IMG/VR virus record: IMGVR_UViG_3300008954_003475
Location: 124,001-188,000 of that record
DNA: 64,000 nt
Reading direction: 5' to 3' (one strand)
In this document: in pieces, positions 10,458 to 18,909 of the stretch
How positions within the stretch are numbered: the stretch's first letter is position 1
Layout: each line of letters begins with the position of its first letter
Made by a program: the position numbers and the translations under genes
The notes under the pieces: generated by a model
The model's database searches: none
Seen by the model: only the letters and a program-made list of their open reading frames with translations
Told to the model about the DNA's origin: nothing

Positions 10458-11363
10458 CTAAATATTCAATGATTTTAATTTATATTCTGTTAAATTAATT
10501 GCATCATCTAAATATTTATTAACCAACTTTCTTTTAATAACCTCTTCTTTGAAAACGCCAACCAACGGTACGGTTGGAAGCAGCTTCATCTCAGACAAAT
10601 AATGCATTGTTATATCTGAATTATCATTAATTGATTCTGCAATTATTGAAGTAAGGAAAGCCTCTTTTAAAGCCCACTTATTTTCTCCAGTAAAACTTTC
10701 TCTATTATTTCTTGCAAAATCAATAATTTCATCATCAATAGAAAACTCATAACGAGCAGCAAAATTGATGGCTCTATAAATACGCCTAATATCATCACCA
10801 AGAGCAATTCTTGCAGGAACATTTGTTCTTATAATCTTTGCTTCTAAGTCTTCTTTGCCTTTGTTTGTAAAGTCAATAATTTCATCATCAAAAAATCTTT
10901 TATGTAAAGTATTTATTGTAAACTCTCTACTGTAAACTTCAAATAATTTTTCATCTTTAATATTTAGCTCTTTCATTATATACTCAACAACATCATCAGA
11001 TATAAAATTGCTTGAAAAATCAAACATTATATCATCTAAATAAACAGAAACATGTCCATCGCTGAAAAGCTTAAAGTTACTATTTAATTCATTAGCCAAA
11101 GTTATAGCCAACCTTGTTATATCGGCATCATTAGTTGTTATATCTATATCTCTATAATCTTCAACAGGAGCATTTCCGCCTTCCATCTGAAGAACCTGAA
11201 GCCTTCGGCTAACGCGACCCCTTGCCTCAAAAGCCCTCTCTTGCGCCTCTCCTATTCTGTTTAAATACAAAACCCTAGGAACTCCACCAACTATGTACGG
11301 TTCCGCTATATAGTTTTCTTTACAAATTTTTAATATTTTTGAATATATATCATCAAAATTCAT
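10458..11363 (-). CDS. tRNA nucleotidyltransferase / poly(A) polymerase family (class II CCA-adding-like), divergent
   Basis: YIVGGVPR, DIDITT (catalytic DxD), REFTINTL, DFTNKGKEDL, DDIRRIYRAINFAARY. Confidence 0.85.
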   Translation of the reverse strand: MNFDDIYSKILKICKENYIAEPYIVGGVPRVLYLNRIGEAQERAFEARGRVSRRLQVLQMEGGNAPVEDYRDIDITTNDADITRLAITLANELNSNFKLFSDGHVSVYLDDIMFDFSSNFISDDVVEYIMKELNIKDEKLFEVYSREFTINTLHKRFFDDEIIDFTNKGKEDLEAKIIRTNVPARIALGDDIRRIYRAINFAARYEFSIDDEIIDFARNNRESFTGENKWALKEAFLTSIIAESINDNSDITMHYLSEMKLLPTVPLVGVFKEEVIKRKLVNKYLDDAINLTEYKLKSLNI

Positions 11364-11388
11364 TAGAGCCCCTATTGTTTATAACTCT

Positions 11389-12936
11389 TTATACGGGCGG
11401 CCCTAAATCATCCGCTTCCGGCACCTGTTCCGCCTCAGGCGCAGGCTCTGCCACAGCCTCCTCTTCGGCCCCTGGAATCCCGCTTTGAGCATCGGCCATA
11501 GTCTTTGCGTTAGCAAGTTGTCCCATCATCTTTGTAACCCTTGTAAGAGCGTAAGAGAATGAGTCAATCAATTTGCTTTGTGACTCTGCAAGCTCTGGAA
11601 ACATAGATGCAATACCTATTTTGTCCAGCATAATATCAAACTCGGCTAATTGGCGAATAATACGCCTATCCGCAAGCATTCCCGCCACCTCGTCAAGCTT
11701 TCTGGCAGCATCTTCAACGCTTATATCTCCAGCCAACTCATCGTACTCCCCGGGTCTCGCCCCAGGAAGTGGGGTTATGTCTTCAAAGCTAGCCGCCTCT
11801 ACATCATCAGACTTTGGAATTCCATCCATAGGACCAGGAGGAGACTCCTCTTCTGCCGGGGCTTCACCCAAAGCTTCTGCCGGGGCTTCACCCAAAGCTT
11901 CTGCCGGGGCTTCACCCAAAGCTTCTGCCGGGGCTTCTGCCGGCATCTCTTCAGGAACTTCTTGAGCAATTTTCTTTAAAATTTCCGCACCTTCAGTGCA
12001 GCCAAACTTATTAAGCTTATTTGCAGTATTGTGAGTTACGTCAGATAGTGTACTGCTAAGCTTTAACATTTGAACTTGAAGACTTAAATGCATAAGATGT
12101 TCCGCAAGAGTCTTATAGGTCTCCGAATCCATATACTCATCTGTTCTCAAAAGCTTATCTATACGTCGTATTGCCGTATGAAGCTTTGACTTCCAAGAGC
12201 CAAATCGCTCACCGCGATGAGCCTTTCGCTCTGAGGCTTCTGCCGTCTCATCAAAAACAGATCCGTGAAAACTATCTCCCGGCATATTATTACCCTGACC
12301 TTTGTTTAAATATGCGCTTTGTCCTCCATGATAATACGGAGTTCCGCCTTGACCAAGGTTACTCATGTAAACAGATTCTTTTTTCATGTACTCATCCTCT
12401 TTTGAACTATATTTTAAATGCTCACCAGTGCTATAATATTTAAACCACTTTATAAACTTCAAATCTTCATCGCTATCTATATCTAAAAAATTACTATAAT
12501 AATCTAATGCATTTTGTTTTGTCATTTCATTTTTTGCTACAGAATCATAAATCAAATGAACTGTTTTTAGCCATCTATTTATATCAAATTCATCTTCTAT
12601 ATTTTCTCTATAATAATCAACATTAGGATATGCAATCTTTATTATCTTTTTATCTTTAGTTTTGCAACGAACAACGCTATAGTAAGCATCATTTAAATTA
12701 TTAATGTTTAACTTCAATAATTCTTTCTTTTCTTCTAAAGAAAGAACTATATTTAACTCTTTTGCTGCCTTTTTTATAAAAAAATGCCTTTCAAACTTTT
12801 TGTTACTATCAACACCCAAAGCAGTTAGGTGGACAGACTTCTCTGCAAGTTTATCAAACGCAGGCGTACTAGACGAAACAGGCATAGCTGCCAACTTTTT
12901 TATAAAAAAGTCATTTATTTCGTCTAGATTGCTCAT
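11389..12936 (-). CDS. hypothetical protein (possible scaffold/internal head protein) with EAPAEALG repeats
   Basis: 515 aa with several K-x-A sites, a motif variant TANKLNKFGCTEGAEILKKIAQ and a helical acidic C-terminus. Confidence 0.7.
   Translation of the reverse strand: MSNLDEINDFFIKKLAAMPVSSSTPAFDKLAEKSVHLTALGVDSNKKFERHFFIKKAAKELNIVLSLEEKKELLKLNINNLNDAYYSVVRCKTKDKKIIKIAYPNVDYYRENIEDEFDINRWLKTVHLIYDSVAKNEMTKQNALDYYSNFLDIDSDEDLKFIKWFKYYSTGEHLKYSSKEDEYMKKESVYMSNLGQGGTPYYHGGQSAYLNKGQGNNMPGDSFHGSVFDETAEASERKAHRGERFGSWKSKLHTAIRRIDKLLRTDEYMDSETYKTLAEHLMHLSLQVQMLKLSSTLSDVTHNTANKLNKFGCTEGAEILKKIAQEVPEEMPAEAPAEALGEAPAEALGEAPAEALGEAPAEEESPPGPMDGIPKSDDVEAASFEDITPLPGARPGEYDELAGDISVEDAARKLDEVAGMLADRRIIRQLAEFDIMLDKIGIASMFPELAESQSKLIDSFSYALTRVTKMMGQLANAKTMADAQSGIPGAEEEAVAEPAPEAEQVPEADDLGPPV
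11850..11937. repeat. 24-bp coding tandem repeat, about 3.7 copies
   Basis: cttctgccggggcttcacccaaag at 11850, 11874 and 11898 plus a partial copy; encodes EAPAEALG. Confidence 0.95.
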
Positions 12937-13175
12937 CTTTCCTCTATTCTTTTAACCAAGCCATCAATTTGGTCGAACCATTCCCTCTTCTCTTCTACTC
13001 TCTGCTCTTTTGTATTATATTTAATATATTCTAAAAATGTCTTCAAATGATTATCGGAAATCTTTTCGTCATCTGGATAAAGACTAAGATTATCTTTTAG
13101 CCATTCCTCTAAGGAAATTAAGCTATTAAGATTATCTAAGTTAAGAACTTTATATACCTTTCCGTTAAGTAACAT
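12933..13175 (-). CDS. hypothetical protein
   Basis: 80-aa ORF overlapping both neighbours. Confidence 0.6.
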   Translation of the reverse strand: MLLNGKVYKVLNLDNLNSLISLEEWLKDNLSLYPDDEKISDNHLKTFLEYIKYNTKEQRVEEKREWFDQIDGLVKRIEER

Positions 13176-13851
13176 CTATAACTTCTCCGTGTATTTTGTC
13201 CAAATCCGAACCATCCAATTGTCTCATTTTTACATCCAGCCTATCTACAAAAACAGATACAAGATCTGGGTTTAATTCTTGCAACACATCCAACACGGCC
13301 TCCTTCAAAACTCTGGCTTGTTCATTTACTACACTAATATTAATATTATGCTCAATCTTTTTATCTGCAACGCCTTCAATATACTTCTTCCAATCCTGCA
13401 TAAGGGCTTTCATGGTATTGATATATTCAATAAAAATCTTGTCTTCCCTGAGAGAGCCTCCTTCTTGTAACATATTATAATAGTATTCTATTCTTGAATT
13501 TATAAGACTATCCATTTCAAGAAGCCTTCTTGTTACATCCAATTCAGATGAGGCAATCTCTTCAAGCTTTTGCTGATACGATGACGAAGCCTTTATGATC
13601 ATTCTGGCCTCAGCCTCTGACGCCTCTCTGTCTATCTCTCCTCTTCTGTTTTTGATATCATCTAAAACTTCGCCTTTAATATTTAAATGCTCTGCTCTAA
13701 ACTTTTGAAGAGTCATGTATGAAATATGCAGACGCCTTGTTCTTGGATATTTCTCTTTAAGCCAACGCTCAACCTCTTTAACAGAATCACCCTCTAACAG
13801 CTTGCTTATAACTAATTCTTTATCCGGATGATTTAAAATTTTCTTGCTCAT
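13165..13851 (-). CDS. putative terminase small subunit / HTH DNA-binding protein
   Basis: N-terminal helical HTH-like region (ILNHPDKELVISKLLEGDSVKEVERWL..ISYMTL), central coiled coil, C-terminal beta-like KKIEHNINISV; lies in the packaging module. Function inferred. Confidence 0.45.
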   Translation of the reverse strand: MSKKILNHPDKELVISKLLEGDSVKEVERWLKEKYPRTRRLHISYMTLQKFRAEHLNIKGEVLDDIKNRRGEIDREASEAEARMIIKASSSYQQKLEEIASSELDVTRRLLEMDSLINSRIEYYYNMLQEGGSLREDKIFIEYINTMKALMQDWKKYIEGVADKKIEHNINISVVNEQARVLKEAVLDVLQELNPDLVSVFVDRLDVKMRQLDGSDLDKIHGEVIDVT

Positions 13852-13860
13852 GTTTACCTC

Positions 13861-13899
13861 AAAATAAAAAGTCCTAGCTTTATATTACTAAGCCAGGAC
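13861..13899 (-). terminator. rho-independent terminator
   Basis: Minus strand GTCCTGGCTT-AGTAATATA-AAGCTAGGAC followed by TTTTTATTTT. Confidence 0.7.
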
Positions 13900-13923
13900 C
13901 TCTCTCTGTATTTTTAATATAAG

Positions 13924-14061
13924 TTATTTAGATAAATGCTCTTCTACCTGTTTTAAGCTCCACATCTTTGTCATACCATGACGACTCATCGCCTCAATCG
14001 TTTCCATGCCTAATATGCCATCTACTTCTAGAGATTCGTTCATTATTTTATTCAACTTGCT
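13924..14061 (-). pseudogene. in-frame peptidoglycan-binding-domain extension beyond the TAA of the 14062-15162 gene
   Basis: Reads GDSGNVMKL*SKLNKIMNESLEVDGILGMETIEAM...HLSK*; the stop sits where PG_binding_1 has LQ. Confidence 0.65.
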
Positions 14062-15162
14062 TTAAAGCTTCATAACATTGCCTGAGTCACCCCAGTCAGA
14101 GTGAAACATGCCCGCATTCTTTCTTAAAAGCACATCTAGATATGTAGCCTCTTTTGTCAGGCCTTTTCTGTCCAAATGTGTTGCAAGCTTGATGAGATTA
14201 TTGATTGCCTCAGAGGAGAAAGAGCTCATGCTCCCCATTCCGTCTACAATTGCCGCCTCTTCCTCGCTCAAATTGCCGTTAGTCATTTGCGCAAGCCTGC
14301 TTGAGTCTAGCTTATAATCCGAAGATGGATCCTCATGAGCCTTTAATAGTGCTGCAACCTCACCTGTGGTGAGCGGGCGATTCTCCCTGTCCTTAGCTTC
14401 GGCATCAGAAGGCTCATCGGCACCCGGCTCATGAACAATCGCATGCCCAGTGTCCAGTCCAAGCTTTTCTCTTACCCATGGGTCAGACTTATCAAGGCCT
14501 CTCATGCTTTTCTGAACCTCCTCTGTAGGAAGATCATCCGGCCCAAGGCCGGCCTCCTCCATCTTCATCTGCATTAAAGTCATTATCTCTTGTGTTGACA
14601 AAGCGTCGGCTGGATCTGGACCAGAATAAGTAAAGGCAGAATTCTTTCTTAAAAGCACGTCTAGATATGTAGCCTCTTTTTTCAGGCCCTTTCTGTCTAA
14701 ATGTGTTGCAAGATGCATTATACTTGTTTGAAGCGCCGCATGACCAGGAGGGAAGTCTCTTCCGTCCTCTGTCTTAAAGCCTTCGTTGTAATCATAAATC
14801 TTATTTGTATAAGGATCTTGAAATACACCATCAGACACTCTCTTCGCCTGCACGCCCACACGATCTGGCGAATAGCGAGTAGACAAATGTGTGGCTACAT
14901 ACTCCGTTGGCACATAAGAATCCTCATGCTCTGGACCAATGCCATACAGGCCCTCTCTGTCCCTTGAGACTGGATCTCCACCTCTTTGGGCTAGATATCT
15001 ATCACGGGTTGCATACTCAGCTACATTGGATTGAAAGTGCTGAAAAGCCCCATGTTGATCTCCAAGAGCAAACTTCTCAAGAGTTTCTAATCTACTCTCT
15101 TTGCCATCTTCCAATGCCAACTTTTCAATATACTCTAATCTGTTCTCTCTATCTTTAATCAT
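14062..15162 (-). CDS. hypothetical virion-type protein with two copies of the shared motif
   Basis: 366 aa; LATHLDRKGL.KEATYLDVLLRKN occurs twice; HLSTRYSPDRVG region. Confidence 0.75.
   Translation of the reverse strand: MIKDRENRLEYIEKLALEDGKESRLETLEKFALGDQHGAFQHFQSNVAEYATRDRYLAQRGGDPVSRDREGLYGIGPEHEDSYVPTEYVATHLSTRYSPDRVGVQAKRVSDGVFQDPYTNKIYDYNEGFKTEDGRDFPPGHAALQTSIMHLATHLDRKGLKKEATYLDVLLRKNSAFTYSGPDPADALSTQEIMTLMQMKMEEAGLGPDDLPTEEVQKSMRGLDKSDPWVREKLGLDTGHAIVHEPGADEPSDAEAKDRENRPLTTGEVAALLKAHEDPSSDYKLDSSRLAQMTNGNLSEEEAAIVDGMGSMSSFSSEAINNLIKLATHLDRKGLTKEATYLDVLLRKNAGMFHSDWGDSGNVMKL
14116..14712. repeat. 72-bp intragenic direct repeat (14116-14187 and 14641-14712)
   Basis: The two copies differ at 4 positions and encode the shared motif. 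Confidence 0.9.
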
Positions 15163-15174
15163 TTCAATACCCTA

Positions 15175-16734
15175 TTATGACAATGCAATCTTCGAAGTAG
15201 AAATCATAGCTCCAGACTCAGCAAGATTATCCCTCTGAGCCTTTCTTCGTGCCGGAACGGGTCGACCCTTGTGATCAAAGCCTACTTTGCTCACAGGTAG
15301 CCCAAGCTTTGGACAATAAGGCTGTATAGACGTTGGAAGCTGCACAAGGTCTCCGTTCGCAAGAGCCTGCTTAATCAAAGCATCTCTCTCCGTTCCTTCT
15401 GACGAATGCTTTAACAGCTTTGAAAACTTATCCAATGCAGATAAATATTGCTGACCATCAAACTTCTCCCCAATAACGGAAAGGGCATCTTCGGCCTGTC
15501 TATAATCATTGTTTGAAACACCATTGATAATTCTATCAACAAGTTGGCCATAAGAAAGGCGAGTCATCTCTTCGGCCTCTCTAGAAACTTTGCTTATATC
15601 ATTCTTGTGGTCAGAAGCCTTCATAATCGACCTGAGTCCATCTTCATTTAGCCTATAAGATTTTCCGCTAACAATAAAACTGCTTGGAATTACAGGCTTG
15701 CCATTTGGCATATCAACCGGAACATTAATCTCAACTCTGCCATGAGCAGTTGGAATGTCTGCAGCAAAAGTTAAAGTCTTATCTGTTGAGGAGGCTACGC
15801 GAACCTGTGGATTTGGAACTCCATACCCAGAAAGCTCAACGGCCACTACGCCAGTTGCCATCTTTATTTGCTCTACACCAAAAGAGGAGGCTGCCGCAAC
15901 CAAGTCGTTCTCAAGATCTGCATACTTCTCAAGGCTCACAGGAACAACGGGGGTGTCCACCTTGAAATCACTAACGCTTCTTTGAGATGCAAACTTGTTT
16001 ACATTTGTCTTTTTTCTGAAATTATTTGTATCTTTAATATAAACATAAAGATTCTCTTTATTTAGCTTTACAAGCTCATCTCCTTGTACAAAATGATTGG
16101 GAAGAGCAGGAATGCCATTTGTAACCTGAACTGGAATTGGAACATTCACTTGAGTAAAGTCAGACGTATCAATTGAGGCGTTGCAAAGAATGAAGTGATC
16201 ATTCGTGCGAACAGCCGTTACCTCTTGTGGAACACAACCTAATGAAACTAACTGTAACTTAGCAAACTTCTCCGCCTTCCTAACTGTGTTATCAGAAAGT
16301 GCAGAGAAAGAAGATTGCTTATCTAGCGAAAATACTCCCGCTAATTCTTTGGAGAACTCATTCTCTTCGTACAATGGACTTAACTTCTCTCCATAGGGAA
16401 TTCTAGCGCCAGATGCGCCAGAGTCTTCAAGCTTTATGGTTGCATGCTTATCTGGAAGAAGATCTCCAACTTCCTTTCTGAAGTTAGACCTTCCGCCGCC
16501 GAGGCCATAAAGGTGATCATAAATTTCTGAAATTTCCCTCTGAGTTATAAATTTATTATCAGACCTTCTGTTAGCTATAACATCACGCATGTGACAAATC
16601 AATGTATCCTTAGAGTTTAGAGCGGCAGCCTTCTCCAGTCTGTTTACTACATAAGTAGTTGTAAATGTTTTACCATTCTCCAATACGTCCAAAGCTCTCT
16701 TAGCTTGCGCTACAATTCTGTTAATTTCTTTCAT
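15175..16734 (-). CDS. hypothetical protein with an internally duplicated beta-rich domain
   Basis: VNVPIPVQVTNGIPALPNHFVQG..LNKENL versus VEINVPVDMPNGKPVIPSSFIVSG..LNEDGL. Confidence 0.7.
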   Translation of the reverse strand: MKEINRIVAQAKRALDVLENGKTFTTTYVVNRLEKAAALNSKDTLICHMRDVIANRRSDNKFITQREISEIYDHLYGLGGGRSNFRKEVGDLLPDKHATIKLEDSGASGARIPYGEKLSPLYEENEFSKELAGVFSLDKQSSFSALSDNTVRKAEKFAKLQLVSLGCVPQEVTAVRTNDHFILCNASIDTSDFTQVNVPIPVQVTNGIPALPNHFVQGDELVKLNKENLYVYIKDTNNFRKKTNVNKFASQRSVSDFKVDTPVVPVSLEKYADLENDLVAAASSFGVEQIKMATGVVAVELSGYGVPNPQVRVASSTDKTLTFAADIPTAHGRVEINVPVDMPNGKPVIPSSFIVSGKSYRLNEDGLRSIMKASDHKNDISKVSREAEEMTRLSYGQLVDRIINGVSNNDYRQAEDALSVIGEKFDGQQYLSALDKFSKLLKHSSEGTERDALIKQALANGDLVQLPTSIQPYCPKLGLPVSKVGFDHKGRPVPARRKAQRDNLAESGAMISTSKIALS

Positions 16735-16750
16735 TATTTTATTCCCTTAT

Positions 16751-17227
16751 CTAATTAGACTTTAATATTTCCGGAAAAAGACTTCCAAGAGTATCTGCTT
16801 TTGCCTTTGACTGACTGGAAACGACTTTTTTAACAAACTCACTATCTGTATTTGCTACATCTAATAATGCAGATTTAAATGTAAAAATATCATCACCATT
16901 AAATCCATATTCTTCTGATGAAAAGCTACAAATTGGAACATCTTTATAAGAAAGAGTTACGTTATTATGATCATAATTGCTAGCCGCAGTCCAATCTCCG
17001 CCCTCTTTTGTTTGATATTTAGGATCAGAGCTTCGAACCAAAAAGGAGTTGCCGTCAACTTCCTCGACCTTCCATAAATCATTATATTGATCACCCAATA
17101 CTTTGTACATATCAAATGCAACCTTTTTAATTTTTAAATCTTCAGACAAAGGAATTCTATCCTTTGTTGAGATATCAGAAGATTGCTTTTTCAAAAGCCT
17201 AATAAGTACTTCGTCTAATTCAGACAT
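16751..17227 (-). CDS. hypothetical protein
   Basis: 158-aa ORF; AGGAG RBS. Confidence 0.65.
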   Translation of the reverse strand: MSELDEVLIRLLKKQSSDISTKDRIPLSEDLKIKKVAFDMYKVLGDQYNDLWKVEEVDGNSFLVRSSDPKYQTKEGGDWTAASNYDHNNVTLSYKDVPICSFSSEEYGFNGDDIFTFKSALLDVANTDSEFVKKVVSSQSKAKADTLGSLFPEILKSN

Positions 17228-17343
17228 GAATGCTCTCCTTGCTGTAAAATTTGTCTTTATTAATAGAAAAGAAAACTCTATATATTTACTGAATTACCTT
17301 AACTAATAGACCCTTTTCAATTGCTATCAAAAAAATTAGTAGG

Positions 17344-17781
17344 CTATTCAACTTCGCCTTTATTAATTTTTGCAATCTCAGCTAAAATTTCAGTTATCCT
17401 AGGATGTGTTTTGCATATCTTTTGAAGCTTTTTAACTATACCGCCATAGCGCTTCTTTTGATTTTTATAATCTATATTTCCATGCATAGCCTTATGCACG
17501 GCCGATTGGGTAATGCCCAAATGTTCGGCTATCTCATTTTGAGTTTTGCCCATGAGCCTCATAAACAATATCTTTTTCTGATGCTCTGTTAAAAACTCTC
17601 CATTTACTATCTCATAGATCTCATCTAACAATTCTTCTTTTAAATCACTTATCTTTTCATCACAAGAATTGTCCATAAGAACCCGGCCCATGCCTCGTTC
17701 ATTTGAAAAATTATTTAACTTAGCAGACTCAAATGAGATTTCAACAATCTTATATTGATATGATTTACTCTTTTTACCCAC
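17344..17781 (-). CDS. sigma-70 region 4 / LuxR-type HTH DNA-binding protein
   Basis: LTEHQKKILFMRLMGKTQNEIAEHLGITQSAVHK; no region 2 visible. Confidence 0.75.
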   Translation of the reverse strand: MGKKSKSYQYKIVEISFESAKLNNFSNERGMGRVLMDNSCDEKISDLKEELLDEIYEIVNGEFLTEHQKKILFMRLMGKTQNEIAEHLGITQSAVHKAMHGNIDYKNQKKRYGGIVKKLQKICKTHPRITEILAEIAKINKGEVE

Positions 17782-17786
17782 TTACC

Positions 17787-18545
17787 CTACCACGTTTCTG
17801 GAATTATTTGCTTAAAATCCTTAGCAAATGTTTGCTTATTTTTTGATAAATCCGAAAAATATTCATCAACATCCTTGTATGAATCTGGAACTTTTAAAAA
17901 CCTTAATCTAATTCCTCTGTTTATATATTTAGAATATACTCTCTCAACAGACCTTGAGCCAGCTTCATCTGAATCCAATATAAACGTTATCCTGTCTGTG
18001 TATCTTGCAAGCTTTAAAAAATGATTTTGAGAAAAGGCTGTTCCACAAATAGCTACAGAGTTTAAAAAGTTATTTTTACTCATAGATATTTGATCAAAGT
18101 AACCTTCTAAAACATATACATTATTAGATTTTAAGATATGCTCTTTTGCATGATTAAGCCCATACAAAATATTTGACTTTTTATAAGATGAATTCTTATA
18201 CTTCGGAATTCCTAAATAATTTCTTTCATCGTCAGCAAGAAGGGTTCTGCCGCTTATTCCGATTGGCTCATTATATTCTGAATAAATTGGAAAGATTAAA
18301 TAAAAGTAATCAGAAAAGTCACTTCCTTTTGAATAGTTTAAAATATTTAATTTATTTAATAAATCTTCAGAAACATATTTTGTTAAAACAGATGGATTTT
18401 GAGGAAAAAAGCCAATATTATTCTTTGTAATAGACTCTTTATCTAATTGCCTATCTTTTACAAGATACTCTAAACACTTATTAGAATTTTTAAGATTGCT
18501 ATGACAAATGTCTATCAAATGTCCTACTCCTTCATTCTGAGTCAT
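17787..18545 (-). CDS. dnaG: DNA primase catalytic core (DnaG Toprim), lacking the Zn-binding domain
   Basis: LIFPI, ISGR, PKYKNS, LYGL, VLEGYFD, GTAF, LDSDEAG, KDVDE; only 252 aa. Confidence 0.9.
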   Translation of the reverse strand: MTQNEGVGHLIDICHSNLKNSNKCLEYLVKDRQLDKESITKNNIGFFPQNPSVLTKYVSEDLLNKLNILNYSKGSDFSDYFYLIFPIYSEYNEPIGISGRTLLADDERNYLGIPKYKNSSYKKSNILYGLNHAKEHILKSNNVYVLEGYFDQISMSKNNFLNSVAICGTAFSQNHFLKLARYTDRITFILDSDEAGSRSVERVYSKYINRGIRLRFLKVPDSYKDVDEYFSDLSKNKQTFAKDFKQIIPETW

Positions 18546-18900
18546 TGCTTTCCACCTTGCTTAACACCCTCTGTGTCTCTTCAACCGCCTTTATCATATG
18601 TTGTGTTACATCGATCTTGCACCCAACCTGATCATTCGAGCAGCCCTTTCCGACCAAAACTCCATTAATAAACTGTGTTTCAACGTCTTGTTCGCAGGTC
18701 TTGCACGGAAAGACAAACGCCTTTTTCTTTTTAGACCTAAGGATATCTCCATTAGCCTTCATCGCCAACTTTGAATATGGCGACACATCAACAAGGACCT
18801 CTCCACACTCATTGCACATTACATCATCTGTATCTATATCTAAAGAACCATCTGTAAATCCATCACTAAACTTACACTTCTGATTACATCTTACAATCAT
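18532..18900 (-). CDS. multi-CxxC Zn-ribbon protein
   Basis: CNQKC, CNEC, CKTC, C..C in 122 aa; overlaps the primase start. Confidence 0.7.
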   Translation of the reverse strand: MIVRCNQKCKFSDGFTDGSLDIDTDDVMCNECGEVLVDVSPYSKLAMKANGDILRSKKKKAFVFPCKTCEQDVETQFINGVLVGKGCSNDQVGCKIDVTQHMIKAVEETQRVLSKVESNDSE

Positions 18901-18909
18901 ACTTCCTCC

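Noticed and set aside
14116-14712. DGR TR/VR pair or att sites
   Set aside because: The mismatches are not adenine-specific and are mostly synonymous, both copies are coding in one gene, and there is no RT or integrase.
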